A stretch of 64,000 nucleotides of DNA from Octopus sinensis. Taxonomy: Eukaryota. The stretch lies in the NCBI RefSeq assembly GCF_006345805.1, contig NC_043024.1, positions 17,236,001 through 17,300,000 of the forward strand, read 5' to 3'. Below the pieces are notes generated by a model. The model had not been told where the DNA came from and did no database searches. It was given only the letters and a program-made list of their open reading frames with translations. This document shows, one piece after another, positions 26,993 through 38,570 of this stretch (within the stretch, counting starts at the first letter, position 1; each line of letters starts with the position of its first letter). The translations under genes and the position numbers were made by a program.

Positions 26993-27094
26993 GTGTAAGT
27001 TTACTGATAATGGTTCTTTTAACGTACCGAGCTACTTGGTAAAATTATTAATTATAAATTGTTTAATTAACTTTACCCTTTATTATTACATATA

Positions 27095-27508
27095 GGCGCA
27101 GGAGTGGCTGTGTGGTAAGTAGTTTGCTAGCCAACCACATGGTTCCGGTTCAGTCCCACTGCGTGGCATCTTGGGCAAGTGTCTTCTGCTATAGCCCCGG
27201 GCCGACCAATGCCTTGTGAGTGGATTTGGTAGACGGAAACTGAAAGAAGCCTGTCGTATATATGTATATATATATATATGTATGTGTGTTTGTGTGTATG
27301 TGTTTGTCCCACTAGCATTGCTTGACAACCAATGCTGGTGTGTTTACGTCCCCATCACTTAGCGGTTCGGCAAAAAGAGACCAATAGAATAAGTACTGGG
27401 CTTACAAAGAATAAGTCCTGGGGTCGATTTGCTCGACTAAAGGCGGTGCTCCAGCATGGCCACAGTCAAATGACTGAAACAAGTAAAAGAGTAAAGAGTA
27501 AAAGAGTA
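27095..27508 (+). mobile_element. SINE-A, full length
   Basis: Family motifs. Confidence 0.9.
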
Positions 27509-27679
27509 CTATATATATATTTATATATATTTATATATGTATGTTTCTATTATCTATATGCATATATATGTATTATATATATGTATATATATAGAGAGAG
27601 AGGGAGAGGTGGAATTAATATATATAAGTATTTATGAATTGATATATAATAGTGTAAACATAATAATCTCACACACACA

Positions 27680-28141
27680 CACACACACACAGTGGAGTTG
27701 AAGTAGCTAATATGCATTTGTGTTCATGTACATATTTAAATAAGTGTGTGTGTGTGTGTGTATGCACACATACTTATACATAATTATCAACATATATTCA
27801 CCGACACACATTTACACATGAAATCCTGCAATCCTACATTGTAGGTCATATCCCAAGACCCCAGTAACTGATCGGCTATAAGCACACACGTACACACACA
27901 CACATACACACACACACACACACACACCACACACACACACAGTGGAGTTGAAGTAAGCTAATATGCATTTGTGTTCATGTACATATTTAAATAAGTGTGT
28001 GTGTGTGTGTATGCACACATACTTATACATAATTATCAACATATATTCACCGACACACATTTACACATGAAATCCTGCAATCCTACATTGTAGGTCATAT
28101 CCCAAGACCCCAGTAACTGATCGGCTATAAGCACACACGTA

Positions 28142-28178
<37 letters not shown>
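27680..28178. repeat. Near-identical tandem duplication, period 250 bp
   Basis: AGTGGAGTTG at 27691 and 27941; (CA)n at all junctions. Confidence 0.95.
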
Positions 28179-28180
<2 letters not shown>

Positions 28181-28187
28181 ATAAATA

Positions 28188-28515
28188 GGCACAGGAGTGG
28201 CTGTGTGGTTAGTAGCTTGCTTACCAACCACATGGTTCCAGGTTCAATCTCACTGCGTGGCACCTTGGTCGACCAAGTGTGGATTTGTTAGACGGAAACT
28301 GAAAGAAGCTCATGGTATATATATATATGTTTGTCCACCACCATCACTTGACAATCAATGTTGGTGTTTTACATCCCTGTAACTTAGCGGTTCAGCAAAA
28401 AGAGACTGATAGAATATGTACTAGGCTTATAAAGAATAAAACCTGGGGTCGAATTGCTCGACTAATTGCTCCAGCATGGCCGCAGTCAAATGACTGAAAC
28501 AAATAAAAGAATAAA
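28188..28515 (+). mobile_element. SINE-A with internal deletions
   Basis: Family motifs. Confidence 0.8.
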
Positions 28516-28521
28516 GGAATA

Positions 28522-28561
<40 letters not shown>

Positions 28562-29157
28562 TATACATACACTCACACACATATATATTCATGTATGTTT
28601 GTGTATATATAAATTTATGTATATACATATATATATATAAATTTATATATACAGATACATACATGAATATATATATGTGTGTGTGTGTATATATTATGTA
28701 TGTATTTATGTAAGTACCTATTGTTCTATCTGTTTAGCCAAATACAAATGCCAGGAGTGAAAATCTGTGTGTCACTCTATCTTTCTACCTGTCTGTCTCT
28801 CTGCAAATCCTCCTATCAATAGTTTCTGATATTTTCAATATTTTTGTCTGTCTATTTTTACTGTCCACCTGACTTTTCACCTGTTTTTGCCATCAATTTC
28901 TCCATGTTTGTACGCCTATGTCTATTCATTTATCTATCGTTCTGTCTGTCTGTCTCTTCATCTGTCTGTCTGTCTGTCTCTCTCTCTGAAGTTATGTGTA
29001 TATATCCATCTATTTGTCTGCCCACCTGTCCATTCATTTGTTTGTCTACTTCTGTCTTTCTTTCAGTTTATTTGTAAATCTACCTGTCTAGACAGTTGTC
29101 TCTCTATCTAATTATACATACACATATCATCTATGTATCTGTCTGTCTACCTACCTA

Positions 29158-29206
<49 letters not shown>

Positions 29207-29442
29207 GTATCTGTCTATCTGTTTAATCAGGTCTGAAATTTTGGTGGAGGGATGGTTAATCAATGATATTGACCCCATTGCTGGAATGGCCTGTATTATA
29301 TTCATCCTCCTTCCCTCCATGAGGGTTAATGGCAGTCAAACTCAGAACGTAAAGCTGGAAGGAATTCCACTAAGCATTTTTGTCCAATGTGCTAAGGATT
29401 CTGCCATCTTGGAACCTTCAGTAATAATAATAATAATAATAA

Positions 29443-29834
29443 CTAGCACTATGACCTGGCAATACTGTATATGCAGGCACTAGCACTATGACCCAGCATT
29501 GCCGGGTCATAGTGCTAGTGCATGCATATACAGCTGTGTGCGTGCGCACATACACTCGAGTACTGTCCAAGCCTCTGACCAATCACACACAGCTAGATGG
29601 CATTCAATTGGCATATCAAGTTTCGGGCATTTTGATTGGGTTTGGGATAGAAAATTCACAAAATATTGACTTCTATTGATTTCTTAATGGCTTTGTGGGG
29701 TGACTGGGGAAATGTGCATGACCACCCTTGGACGGTTTTGAATGACCATAGAAAGTGCGAGCCCTGTAACTGAAAAAAATGTGGATTTGTATAAAGGAAA
29801 CACACGGAGACATTTTGCCCTTTATGTATATAGA
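29443..29834 (-). mobile_element. Non-autonomous Helitron-like element
   Basis: Minus strand begins TCTATATAC, ends GCTAG|T, with a GC-rich subterminal hairpin (CCCGGC..GC[T/C]GGG); no TSD. Confidence 0.7.
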
Positions 29835-29869
<35 letters not shown>

Positions 29870-29871
29870 TA

Positions 29872-30465
29872 ATCCTTTCTACTATAGGATAAGGCCTGAA
29901 ATTTTGGGGAATGGAGTAGTCGATTTTGTCAACCCCAATGTTCAACTGGTACTTAAATTATGGTCCTTAAAAGGATAAAAAATAAAGTTGACCACAGCAG
30001 AATTTGAACTTGTTACATGAAGGTGGATAAAATACCGGTAACCATTTTTCCTGGCATGCAAACGATTCTGCCAGCTCACCCCCTTAAAAGGGTTGTAACA
30101 AATAAATGAGAAAGTTAGTGATGCATTTACATTGGTTTGAAATATCTTCCACTAAAATAACAAGTATCTTAGTGTAGCATAATTACCACACAACCAAAAT
30201 CCCACACCCCATATAATAATAATAATATAATAATAATAATGGTTTCAAATTTTTGCAACAAGGGTAGGAATTTTGGGGAAGGGGTAAGTCAATAAGATCA
30301 ACCCCAGTGCTCAACTGGTACTTGTTTTATTGACACTACCCCCATCCCACGCAAAAAGGATGAAAGCTGACCTTGGTGGAATTTGAACTCAGAACATAAA
30401 GATAGATGAAGTATTGTCAAGCATTCTGCCTGGCATGCTAATGGTTCTGCCAGCTTGTCACCTTA
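29872..30465 (-). mobile_element. Two SINE-M copies (29872-30085, 30240-30465)
   Basis: Reverse-complement tail, Meta domain and head in each. Confidence 0.75.
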
Positions 30466-30535
30466 AAAAAAAACTTACTCAGGGTGCTGCATAGTGGGAC
30501 TGAACTCAAGACGGCATGGTTGAGAAGAAAGGTTC

Positions 30536-30846
30536 TTACCACATAGCAACACCTGCACCTAATAATAATAATAATTATATTTCTTTACTACCCACAAGGG
30601 GCTAAACACAGAGGGGACAAACAAGGACAGACAAACGGATTAAGTCGATTATATCGACCCCAATGCGCAACTGGTACTTAATTTATCGACCCCGAGAAAA
30701 TTAAGTACCAGTTGCGCATTGGGGTCGATATAATCGACTTAATCCGTTTGTCTGTCCTTGTTTGTCCCCTCTGTGTTTAGCCCCTTGTGGGTAGTAAAGA
30801 AATATAATTATTATTATTATTAGGTGCAGGTGTTGCTATGTGGTAA
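30536..30846. repeat. Perfect palindrome: 149-bp arms, 13-bp spacer
   Basis: 30536-30684 is the exact reverse complement of 30698-30846 by visual comparison. Confidence 0.95.
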
Positions 30847-31008
30847 ATAATAATAACAATAATAATTTCATTTTTGTATTTGGTTTGCAAGATCCTTTAT
30901 GTGAATTCGTGTGTTGAAGCATATTTTGTTGTGTCTGGGGAGAGTCATTCACTTTTTGTGCCTTATTATTTAACATACTCACTGGTTTGATTTCCACAAG
31001 TAATAATA

Positions 31009-31240
31009 AGGCGGCGAGCTGGCAGAAATGTTAGCAACTGGGCGAAATGCTTAGTGGTATTTCGTCTGCCATTATGGTCCGAGTTCAAATTCCGCCGACG
31101 TTGGCTTTGCCTTTCATCCTTTTGGGGTCGATAAATTAAGTACCAGTCATGCACTGGGATCGATGTAATCGACTTAATCCCTATGTCTGTCCTTGTTTGT
31201 CCCCTCTATGTTTAGCCCCTTGTGGGCAATAAAGAATTAA
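31009..31240 (+). mobile_element. SINE-M, full length
   Basis: Head, box B, Meta domain and tail. Confidence 0.9.
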
Positions 31241-31299
31241 GTAATAATAAGGCACTAAATGAGAATGACTCTCCCCAGACAATAAAATAATAATCCTTG

Positions 31300-31465
31300 A
31301 CAAGAGCTGGCTTGGCAGACGACTGCACCAGACTTCACTGTTTGTTTTGGCAGGGCTTTTATGGCTGGATGCTCTTCCTAGCACCAGCCACCTTGCAGAA
31401 TGGACCGAGTGCTTTTTATGTGGCACCAGCACCAGCAAGGTCTGTTTTGGCTGGGTTTTTACAGC
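31300..31465 (-). mobile_element. SINE-C (GGAAGGGCATCCAGC core; Ceph-domain-like), degenerate
   Basis: GGCTGGATGCTCTTCC core motif. Confidence 0.65.
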
Positions 31466-33459
31466 TGGATGCCCATCGAAATGCCAAGACATTTTTCTAA
31501 GATGCCTCACCATGAGGATAGAACCCAGAACTTTGTGATTGTGATGAGCTAGTGAGACATACATCAATTCTCCCCTCCATTCACCACCACCACTACCACC
31601 ACCATCACCATCATCTAAAATGAAGTGGGCTACATTAAACCCCATAGCAGACTAACGAGGACTCTATCATTTAATATGCCCTATTTTAAGAAAGGTTAGA
31701 GATCTAGTGGATTTGTTAGAGGATCAAATAGAATGCCTTGTGGTGGTATTTGTTGAGACTCACTGAAGCATGAGTTCAAATCCTGCCAAGGCTCTTACTG
31801 TGTTTCATCCATTTTGTAGTTGATAAAAAAAAAGCAGCCCAGGGTTGTGGATTGAAAAAAACTGTTGGAAGATTGGACCTATACCCTGTGGTATCTTTTC
31901 TGGTTCTTTGTTTTCTGATACAGATGCCAAACTCAAGTTGGTGCAGAGGGGCGTGGGGAGACTTTCATATATGGGAATCTACCAGCCTCTCTCAAAAACT
32001 CTTGGCCAGACTTGCTCATAGATGTGTTAATAAATGGTCAACACTGACCATGAGAGGTCTGTTTTAAGAGAGTAAGAGTGTGATTTGAAGTAGATTTGTT
32101 TGCTGTTTCTAGTAGGTCAGACTGCCTCATAGAGGTTCTCACTGACAGAGTTCTTTCTTTTGTTCTTTTATCTTATTTCTACTTGTTCCAGTCTTTAGAC
32201 TGCAGCCATGCTGGGGCACTGCCTTGAAGAATTTTTAGTCAAATGAATCGATCCTAGTAACTTTTTTTCTTTAAGCCTGGTGCTTATTTCATTATGTGGC
32301 ACCATTACCAGTGCTTTTTATGTAACACCAGCACTTTTTCATGTTGCACCATCATTAGTTCTTTTTACTGTGGCACCAGCACCAGTACTTTTTATGTGAT
32401 ACTGATAAATAAAATACCTCCCCTACTCCAGATCATAGCTTGGCTCAATTGTTAGGTCATTGCAGTATTTGTTTTTGTTCTCTGCAGTTGAAGTTCAAAT
32501 CCCACTGACTGAGGTCGACTTTGTTTTTAATCATTTCAATGTTGATATATAAACTACCAGGCCATAGATCTATCCACAAGCCTTGATATCTGTTTCACTA
32601 TGTCTCTATCTCACTTGCCATTCATCCATGGATTTCTCAATTTCTCTCTCTCTCTTCTCTCTCTCTCTCTATCTCACACACACATACACACACTATCTGT
32701 TTGTCTACCTATCAGCCTGTTTGTCTGTTTTCCTCTATTTATCCCTTGACTAAATTCCTTCCTGACTCTCATTATCTCTCTCTCTCTCTTTCTCCACTCT
32801 CCTCCACCCACCCAAACACAGACACGCCCCCACCTATCCCCACACACATACACACAGACACTAACACACATGCACATATACAAACACACACACGCACACA
32901 CATGCAGACACGCACACACATATGCAGACACACACATGCATGCAACACACTATCCAAAAACCTTTGTTTAAAGCAAAACAATGGAAATTTCTATCCAGTT
33001 TTCTCCATGACTTCACGTCTTTTCTTTTATGAATCGGAATCACCAAAACCTAAATATCCTCACCTCATCTCATCCCATGCCACCCACGACACCTCCACCA
33101 CTCACCCCAAACCCATCTAAACCCACCCACACTAAACATACAGTTTCCAGAGATTCATAAAAGGAAATCAAATGGAAGTTCTTTCCACCCAACGTAGACA
33201 CCATCAGCTCCTGAGTTTACTATGGAGTCCACTGTTATATGTGTGTGTACATAGATATCTATATACATACATATATGCATGTATAGTCGGGGAGAGGGCC
33301 ATTAATCTGGTTGTTGCTGTTGTTGTTGTTGTTGTAATTGTAATAATTGTTTTATAATTGTTATTCCAACACTGATGAAGATACTGTACGGATTTGATAA
33401 ATGTTGCTAATCAAGCACTTCCAGTCTATAGACAAATACACACACACATCCATATATAT

Positions 33460-33515
<56 letters not shown>

Positions 33516-33600
33516 CTATGCATATATATATCTATATATATATGTATGTATATAGATATATACATATATAAATTTATCTACTTATATATATGCATATACC

Positions 33601-33643
<43 letters not shown>

Positions 33644-33977
33644 TATATGTATACACACACACATGTTAACTCGCTATTCTGACAATGATTCTTACAAGAC
33701 CAATCTTGTTTCTTTTACTTTAGAATTCATGAAAGGTTTTAGAATAGAAGAATGAATGGAATATAGATAATGTTAAGTGGAATATATACAGTTGAGTAGG
33801 GTATATAGTGTTGGGCAGGGTATATAGCAATGAGAGAATTGTAAAGTGAAAGAAGCAAGACAAATCTTGTGTGAGTCTTTGTTTGAATAAATTAATGCAT
33901 CTATTCTCAGAGCTTTAAGTGATGGTTGTGATATTTTAACTGAGAATATGGAACAATATGTATAATATATATAGATG

Positions 33978-34195
33978 AAGGCAGTGAGCTGGCAAAAATG
34001 TTAGCACATCGGGCGAAATGCTTAGAGGTATTTCATCTGTCTTTACATTCTGAGTTCAAATTCTGCCAAAGTCAACTTTACCTTTCATCCCTTTGGGGTC
34101 GATAAATTGAATACCAGTTGTGTACTGGGTTTGATCTAATCGACTGGCCCCGTTCCCCCAAAATTTTGAACTTTGTGCCAAGAGTAGAAAAGAAT
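33978..34195 (+). mobile_element. SINE-M
   Basis: Head, Meta domain and tail. Confidence 0.85.
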
Positions 34196-34304
34196 ATATA
34201 CATACACATGCATACATATATATATATACATACACATATATATATATGTATGCATTGTTCTTTGTGCTTGAGAAGACCTTTTGAGTCAAGTAAAATCACT
34301 GCTG

Positions 34305-34575
34305 TGTTCAATACCAGTGCCACCTGACTGGTCCTTGTGCCAGTGATACGTAAAAAGCACCTTACAAGCACAGTAGATTCCAGTGCTGCCTGACATGTAA
34401 AAAGCACCCACTGCACTCCTCGGAGTGATTGGCATTTTGAAGGGCATCCAGCTGTAGAAATCTTGCCAGATCAGATTGGAGCCTAGTGCAGCCTCCCGGA
34501 TTGCCAGTTCTCAGTCAAACCATCCAACCCATGCCAGCCCGAAATGCAGACGTTAAACGATGATGGTGATGATAT
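34305..34575 (+). mobile_element. SINE-C with (GAT)n tail
   Basis: GAAGGGCATCCAGCTGTAGAAA..CCAACCCATGCCAGC..GACGTTAAACGATGATG. Confidence 0.8.
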
Positions 34576-35089
34576 TATCCTTTGTATACAACCTAACTGG
34601 CTGTAACGGTTTTCTACCTCCAGTGTGAAGTGAGGCCATCTGCCCAACACTATTAGAGTTTTACAAGTTGTCTATAAAGCTAAGCAATTTATGGATGTGA
34701 AACCATTGGTTACTCTACAACTGGATATATATTTAACAGCATGTAAATATACATATACATACATGCACACACACACATGTGCTCACACACATATATATAC
34801 ACATACTTCAGTATGCATGTATATGTATGTGTGTGTATATATATATATGAGTGTGTATGTATATATGTGTATGTGTAAGACTATTGAAAAGGTTGCAAGA
34901 TGCAATGAAAATTTTAGGAAAATAAAAATAAGAAATAAGTGGAAATTTTACCAGCGAGTGTGTTAAATTATAAGGCACAAAAAGAAAATGACTCTCCCCA
35001 GACACAACACAATATGCTTCAATACACAAACTCGCATAAAGATTCTTGCAAACCAAATCCCAAAACGATATATATATACATACATATAT

Positions 35090-35392
35090 ACGGCTAATTA
35101 TTTACTCTGGGTATTCAGGCCTTTTCCTTCTTTATAAGCTATTTTTGATTTAAGGTTTTCTTTGATTTTTACAATATGATTTTAAACCGCAATTTGAAGC
35201 AACCAGTTATTGAAAAGATCATTAGTTGAAAGGACCAGTGGAACAAAACCATTTTCAAATGTGCGTCTTTCAAAGGAATTGTATTTCTGCATGTAACTTT
35301 ATCTTGCTCAATTCTAAACAAAACTGTCTGACGAACGGGAATGTGAAACTCTGAGTAACAGTTTTTGTGATATTTTGCTGCCTTTTAATAAA

Positions 35393-35393
<1 letters not shown>
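35090..35393 (+). mobile_element. ~300-bp (TA)n-flanked element carrying a hammerhead (retrozyme/PLE-like)
   Basis: TA runs on both sides, no ORF, hammerhead near the 3' end followed by AATAAA. Confidence 0.55.
35320..35365 (+). ncRNA. Type-I hammerhead ribozyme fold
   Basis: Stem I AAAACUGU/ACAGUUUU (8 bp), CUGACGA, stem II AC/GU, GAAA, near-palindromic ACUC-U-GAGU, GUA cleavage triplet. Confidence 0.65.
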
Positions 35394-35437
<44 letters not shown>

Positions 35438-35469
35438 TGTGTTTATATATATATACACATATATGTATG

Positions 35470-35745
35470 TATGTGGTGAACTCTCCCATTGTTAGACAAC
35501 ATATGAAGGTTCAACAATTTCTTACTGAACAATCACACAGGTGATTTGTTTATAGTGATCAAATGTTTGTATTGACATAAGCTCACTCCCTCCATAAGAT
35601 TGACATTACCTGTACAGGTGCAACTGGGTGACACATATCTGGTGTTGAGATGATTGCAGAGCATCGTTAAATGAAGTGCTTTGCTCAAGAACACAATTGA
35701 AACCATGATCTTGTGGTTGTGTGTGCAACACTCTAACCATGTGCC
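35470..35745 (-). mobile_element. SINE-V variant
   Basis: GGTTAGAGTG head and GTTCTTGAGCAAAGCACTT V-like motif on the minus strand. Confidence 0.6.
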
Positions 35746-35837
35746 TTCACACACATACACACACACACACCACACACACACACACAGACACACATACACA
35801 CACACTCACTCAGAGAGAGAGAGAGCACTCACTATTC

Positions 35838-36196
35838 TCTTTTTACTCTTTTTTATTTGTTTCAGTCATTTGACTGCAGCCATGCTGGAGCACCACCTTT
35901 AGTCAAATAAATCAACCCCAGCACTTATTATTTGTAAGCCTGGTACTTATTTTATTGGGGTTTTTTTTTGTCAAACCACTACCTTAAGGGGACACAAACA
36001 CACCAACATCGGTTGTGAAGCAATTGTGGTGGGACAAACACAGACACACAAATACATAATATATATACAATGGGCTTCTTTCCGTTTCCATCCACCAAAT
36101 CTATTCACAAAGCTTTGGTTGGCCCGAGGCTATAGTAGAAGACACTTGCCCAAGGTGCCATGCAGTGGGACTGAACCCAGAACCAAGTGGTTGGGA
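35838..36196 (-). mobile_element. SINE-A with a truncated head
   Basis: Family motifs. Confidence 0.85.
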
Positions 36197-36218
36197 ATTA
36201 GAAGGTTCATTTGAAACT

Positions 36219-36607
36219 TGGCTGTGTGGTAAGAGGCCTACTTACCAACTATTTGGTTCTGGGTTCAGTCCCACTGTGTGATACTTAGGGCAAATGTCTT
36301 CAACTATAGCTCGTGACTGACCAAAGCCATGTAAGTGGATCTGGTAGATGGAAACTGAAAGAAGCCCGTTGTATATATATATACATATGTATGTGTGTGT
36401 GCCTACCTTTGTGTCCATGTTTGCCCCCCACCACAACTTGACAACACCCCCATAACTTAGTGGTTCAGCAAAAGGAACTGATAGAATAAGTGCCAGACTG
36501 AAAAAAAGAAGAAAAAAAACATATTGGGGTCAGTTCATTCAACTAAAAACTCTTCAAGGTGGTGCCCCAGCATAGCCGCAGTAAAAGAAACAAGTAAAAG
36601 ATAAAAG
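36219..36607 (+). mobile_element. Degenerate SINE-A
   Basis: Family motifs. Confidence 0.8.
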
Positions 36608-36632
36608 ATATATATATATATATATATATATA

Positions 36633-37567
36633 TAACTACAAAATTAGAAAATGGAGAAACATACTTAAATCAATAAAACATCAACTATCAGATGATACCC
36701 AATCAATACTTTATTACACCATTACATATCAGTAAAGGCATTATACAAAATATACAGTAAATGTAAATAGACAAAGAGATATAAGTATAAAATTTCAAAT
36801 ATAAAATGTAATTAAATCATATCTGACAGCTGTTTCGGCAGCAAGGGCAGTCATACCTTATTTAACCTATAAGCCATAAAGGCAGGTATAAATGAGGCAT
36901 TAACAAGGATGCCCCACGACCTCCCCAGAGAATTAAATTTGTTATAATTTTGAAAAAATTATTTTTCCATATACATATAAATATAAAAATATAAAAATGT
37001 AAAATATAAAAACTTATGCATACACTTCATAATGCTACACTTATATAATATAATACTCATTGGTACAATAATGCAAGGTAAACAAGACAAAATAAAACAA
37101 AATATATATCAGTGTATATATTAATATTAATAAGCACAGTTATTATACATATTTGGCTAATAGTTTTAAAAAAACTAACACATAGGGAGATGAAAAATAA
37201 TAATTAAAACCATGGTTCAGTTCATAAAATTATAAAGCTATAAAAGTCAATAAAAATTACTATTAATATTATAATAATAATAATAATAGATACAGTTATG
37301 TTTGCACCAAGTCCATCCTTTCAAGATCGAAATAACTATGAGTTTAGAAATTCTGACCACTAGGTAATGATTATTTAGATTAATTCGATTGGCTAGTAGT
37401 TTGAAATTTAAATCACAAAAGAAATTTTACGGTTAGTTAGTCAAGGAACGCCAATATTCACACGCGCATCCACAGATCAATCGCACATACATACATAATT
37501 ATATGTATACACACACACATACACTTATACACATACATAACCACAAGCAACAACTAGCACATAGATA

Positions 37568-37606
<39 letters not shown>

Positions 37607-38539
37607 CTACAAAATTAGAAAATGGAGAAACATACTTAAATCAATAAAACATCAACTATCAGATGATACCCAATCAATACTTTATTACACCATTACATAT
37701 CAGTAAAGGCATTATACAAAATATACAGTAAATGTAAATAGACAAAGAGATATAAGTATAAAATTTCAAATATAAAATGCAATTAAATCATATCTGACAG
37801 CTGTTTCGGCAGCAAGGGCAGTCATACCTTATTTAACCTATAAGCCATAAAGGCAGGTATAAATGAGGCATTAACAAGGATGCCCCACGACCTCCCCAGA
37901 GAATTAAATTTGTTATAATTTTGAAAAAATTATTTTTCCATATACATATAAATATAAAAATATAAAAATGTAAAATATAAAAACTTATGCATACACTTCA
38001 TAATGCTACACTTATATAATATAATACTCATTGGTACAATAATGCAAGGTAAACAAGACAAAATAAAACAAAATATATATCAGTGTATATATTAATATTA
38101 ATAAGCACAGTTATTATACATATTTGGCTAATAGTTTTAAAAAAACTAACACATAGGGAGATGAAAAATAATAATTAAAACCATGGTTCAGTTCATAAAA
38201 TTATAAAGCTATAAAAGTCAATAAAAATTACTATTAATATTAATAATAATAATAATAATAGATACAGTTATGTTTGCACCAAGTCCATCCTTTCAAGATC
38301 GAAATAACTATGAGTTTAGAAATTCTGACCACTAGGTAATGATTATTTAGATTAATTCGATTGGCTAGTAGTTTGAAATTTAAATCACAAAAGAAATTTT
38401 ACGGTTAGTTAGTCGAGGAACGCCAATATTCACACGCGCATCCACAGATCAATCGCACATACATACATAATTATATGTATACACACACACATACACTTAT
38501 ACACATACATAACCACAAGCAACAACTAGCACATAGATA

Positions 38540-38545
<6 letters not shown>
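36633..38545. repeat. Near-identical tandem duplication, period about 971 bp
   Basis: TAACTACAAA at 36633 and 37604; (TA)n at all three junctions; 3 differences seen. Confidence 0.95.
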
Positions 38546-38570
<25 letters not shown>

